In this document: positions 63,517 through 64,000 of the stretch, piece by piece | How positions within the stretch are numbered: position 1 is the first letter of the stretch | How the letters are laid out: the number at the start of each line of letters is the position of its first letter | Source of the DNA: a virus | Reading direction: 5' to 3' (one strand) | DNA: 64,000 nucleotides | IMG/VR virus record: IMGVR_UViG_3300036401_000331 | Span: 2,650 to 66,649 of that record | The notes under the pieces: generated by a model | Told to the model about the DNA's origin: nothing | The model's database searches: none | The model's input: the letters and a program-made list of their open reading frames with translations, nothing else | Made by a program: the position numbers and the translations under genes

Positions 63517-63777
63517 TCACCCCATCGCCACGATGTTGGTCGCCGTCGTGCCGCTGGCGCGCACCAGCCTCGGCGAGATCGGGATCACTTGGTAGGCGGG
63601 TACGGCAGCCATGTTGAATGGCGAGGCCGCGCCCGGCATCATCACGCTCAGGTTGCCGGTGCCCTCGACCATGATGGCCTTGGTGCCCGCCGGCACCGGC
63701 ACGGTGTCGCTGGGCGTGATGTTGGTGATCTTGGTGTAGCCGAGGGGGACGGCGAGGATTCCGGCGGTCTGCGGCAT
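63517..63777 (-). CDS. Small structural protein
   Basis: ITPSD...GTGNL.V...VRASGTTATNIVA; AGGAG RBS. Confidence 0.7.
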   Translation of the reverse strand: MPQTAGILAVPLGYTKITNITPSDTVPVPAGTKAIMVEGTGNLSVMMPGAASPFNMAAVPAYQVIPISPRLVRASGTTATNIVAMG

Positions 63778-63795
63778 GGTCTGCTCCTGTTGGGG

Positions 63796-63999
63796 TTACG
63801 GTGACGGCACTTCGGCGACGAAGTCATCGACGCCGATCACATGGACGATCACTTCCTCGATCATCTGCTGGGCGATGTCGCGCTGGACGCTCTGCAGGTA
63901 GCTGACCTCGAAGATCACCCGCTTCTTCTCGGCCAGCAGCAGGGTTTCGGGCACGGTCGCCTTCTGGTCGTCGCGCGCGATGGCGATGGGGCCGACGAT
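63796..63999 (-). CDS. C-terminal part of a neck / tail-completion protein (truncated)
   Basis: ...AEKKRVIFEVSYLQSVQRDIAQQMIE... upstream of the sheath. Confidence 0.6.
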   Translation of the reverse strand: MVGPIAIARDDQKATVPETLLLAEKKRVIFEVSYLQSVQRDIAQQMIEEVIVHVIGVDDFVAEVPSP

Positions 64000-64000
64000 G

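Larger units (their letters stand above)
1..64000. mobile_element. Tailed bacteriophage genome segment (contractile tail, Bcep781/PB1-like structural gene order), circularly permuted
   Basis: Terminase, portal, MuF, sheath, tube, tape measure, baseplate, tail fibres, endolysin and primase-helicase are present; no host housekeeping genes; head genes are missing and both ends are truncated inside the late operon. Confidence 0.95.

Noticed and set aside
1-64000. tRNA, rRNA, integrase or att sites
   Set aside because: None recognisable by eye; a tRNAscan or HMM search would be needed to exclude them formally

Overview
The whole 64 kb window is a GC-rich, circularly permuted tailed-phage genome segment. 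It is a myovirus with a Bcep781/PB1-like tail gene order; an alphaproteobacterial-type host is my inference only. No host genes, integrase, DNA polymerase or major capsid gene are visible; the head genes probably lie beyond the window ends. The minus strand at 1-15.8 kb carries a polyvalent head-associated protein, MuF, portal, TerL/TerS, a NusG-family factor, a primase-helicase, nucleases and small regulators. The plus strand at 15.9-37.1 kb is a dense early region of about 55 mostly small genes (RecE-like exonuclease, Sak4-like ATPase, DUF932, NADAR, HicA-like). Lysis genes follow (minus, 37.2-38.4 kb), then an antisense cassette of six signal-peptide proteins (plus, 38.5-40.8 kb), then tail fibres, baseplate, tape measure, chaperone, tube and sheath (minus, 40.9-64 kb). 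Four signals stand out. (1) A complete -1 frameshift signal would extend the polyvalent protein into a probable ADP-ribosyltransferase-like domain. (2) The secreted-protein cassette is headed by an almost charge-free Ser/Thr/Gly/Ala protein, a possible fibre or amyloid system. (3) Nine sigma70-like promoter candidates share a palindromic operator RCRCCCT-N6-AGGGYGY (complete or partial) around the -10 box, with a tenth operator copy at nusG. (4) Two copies of a leader RNA hairpin show compensatory base changes. All family assignments come from motif recognition by eye, not from database searches.
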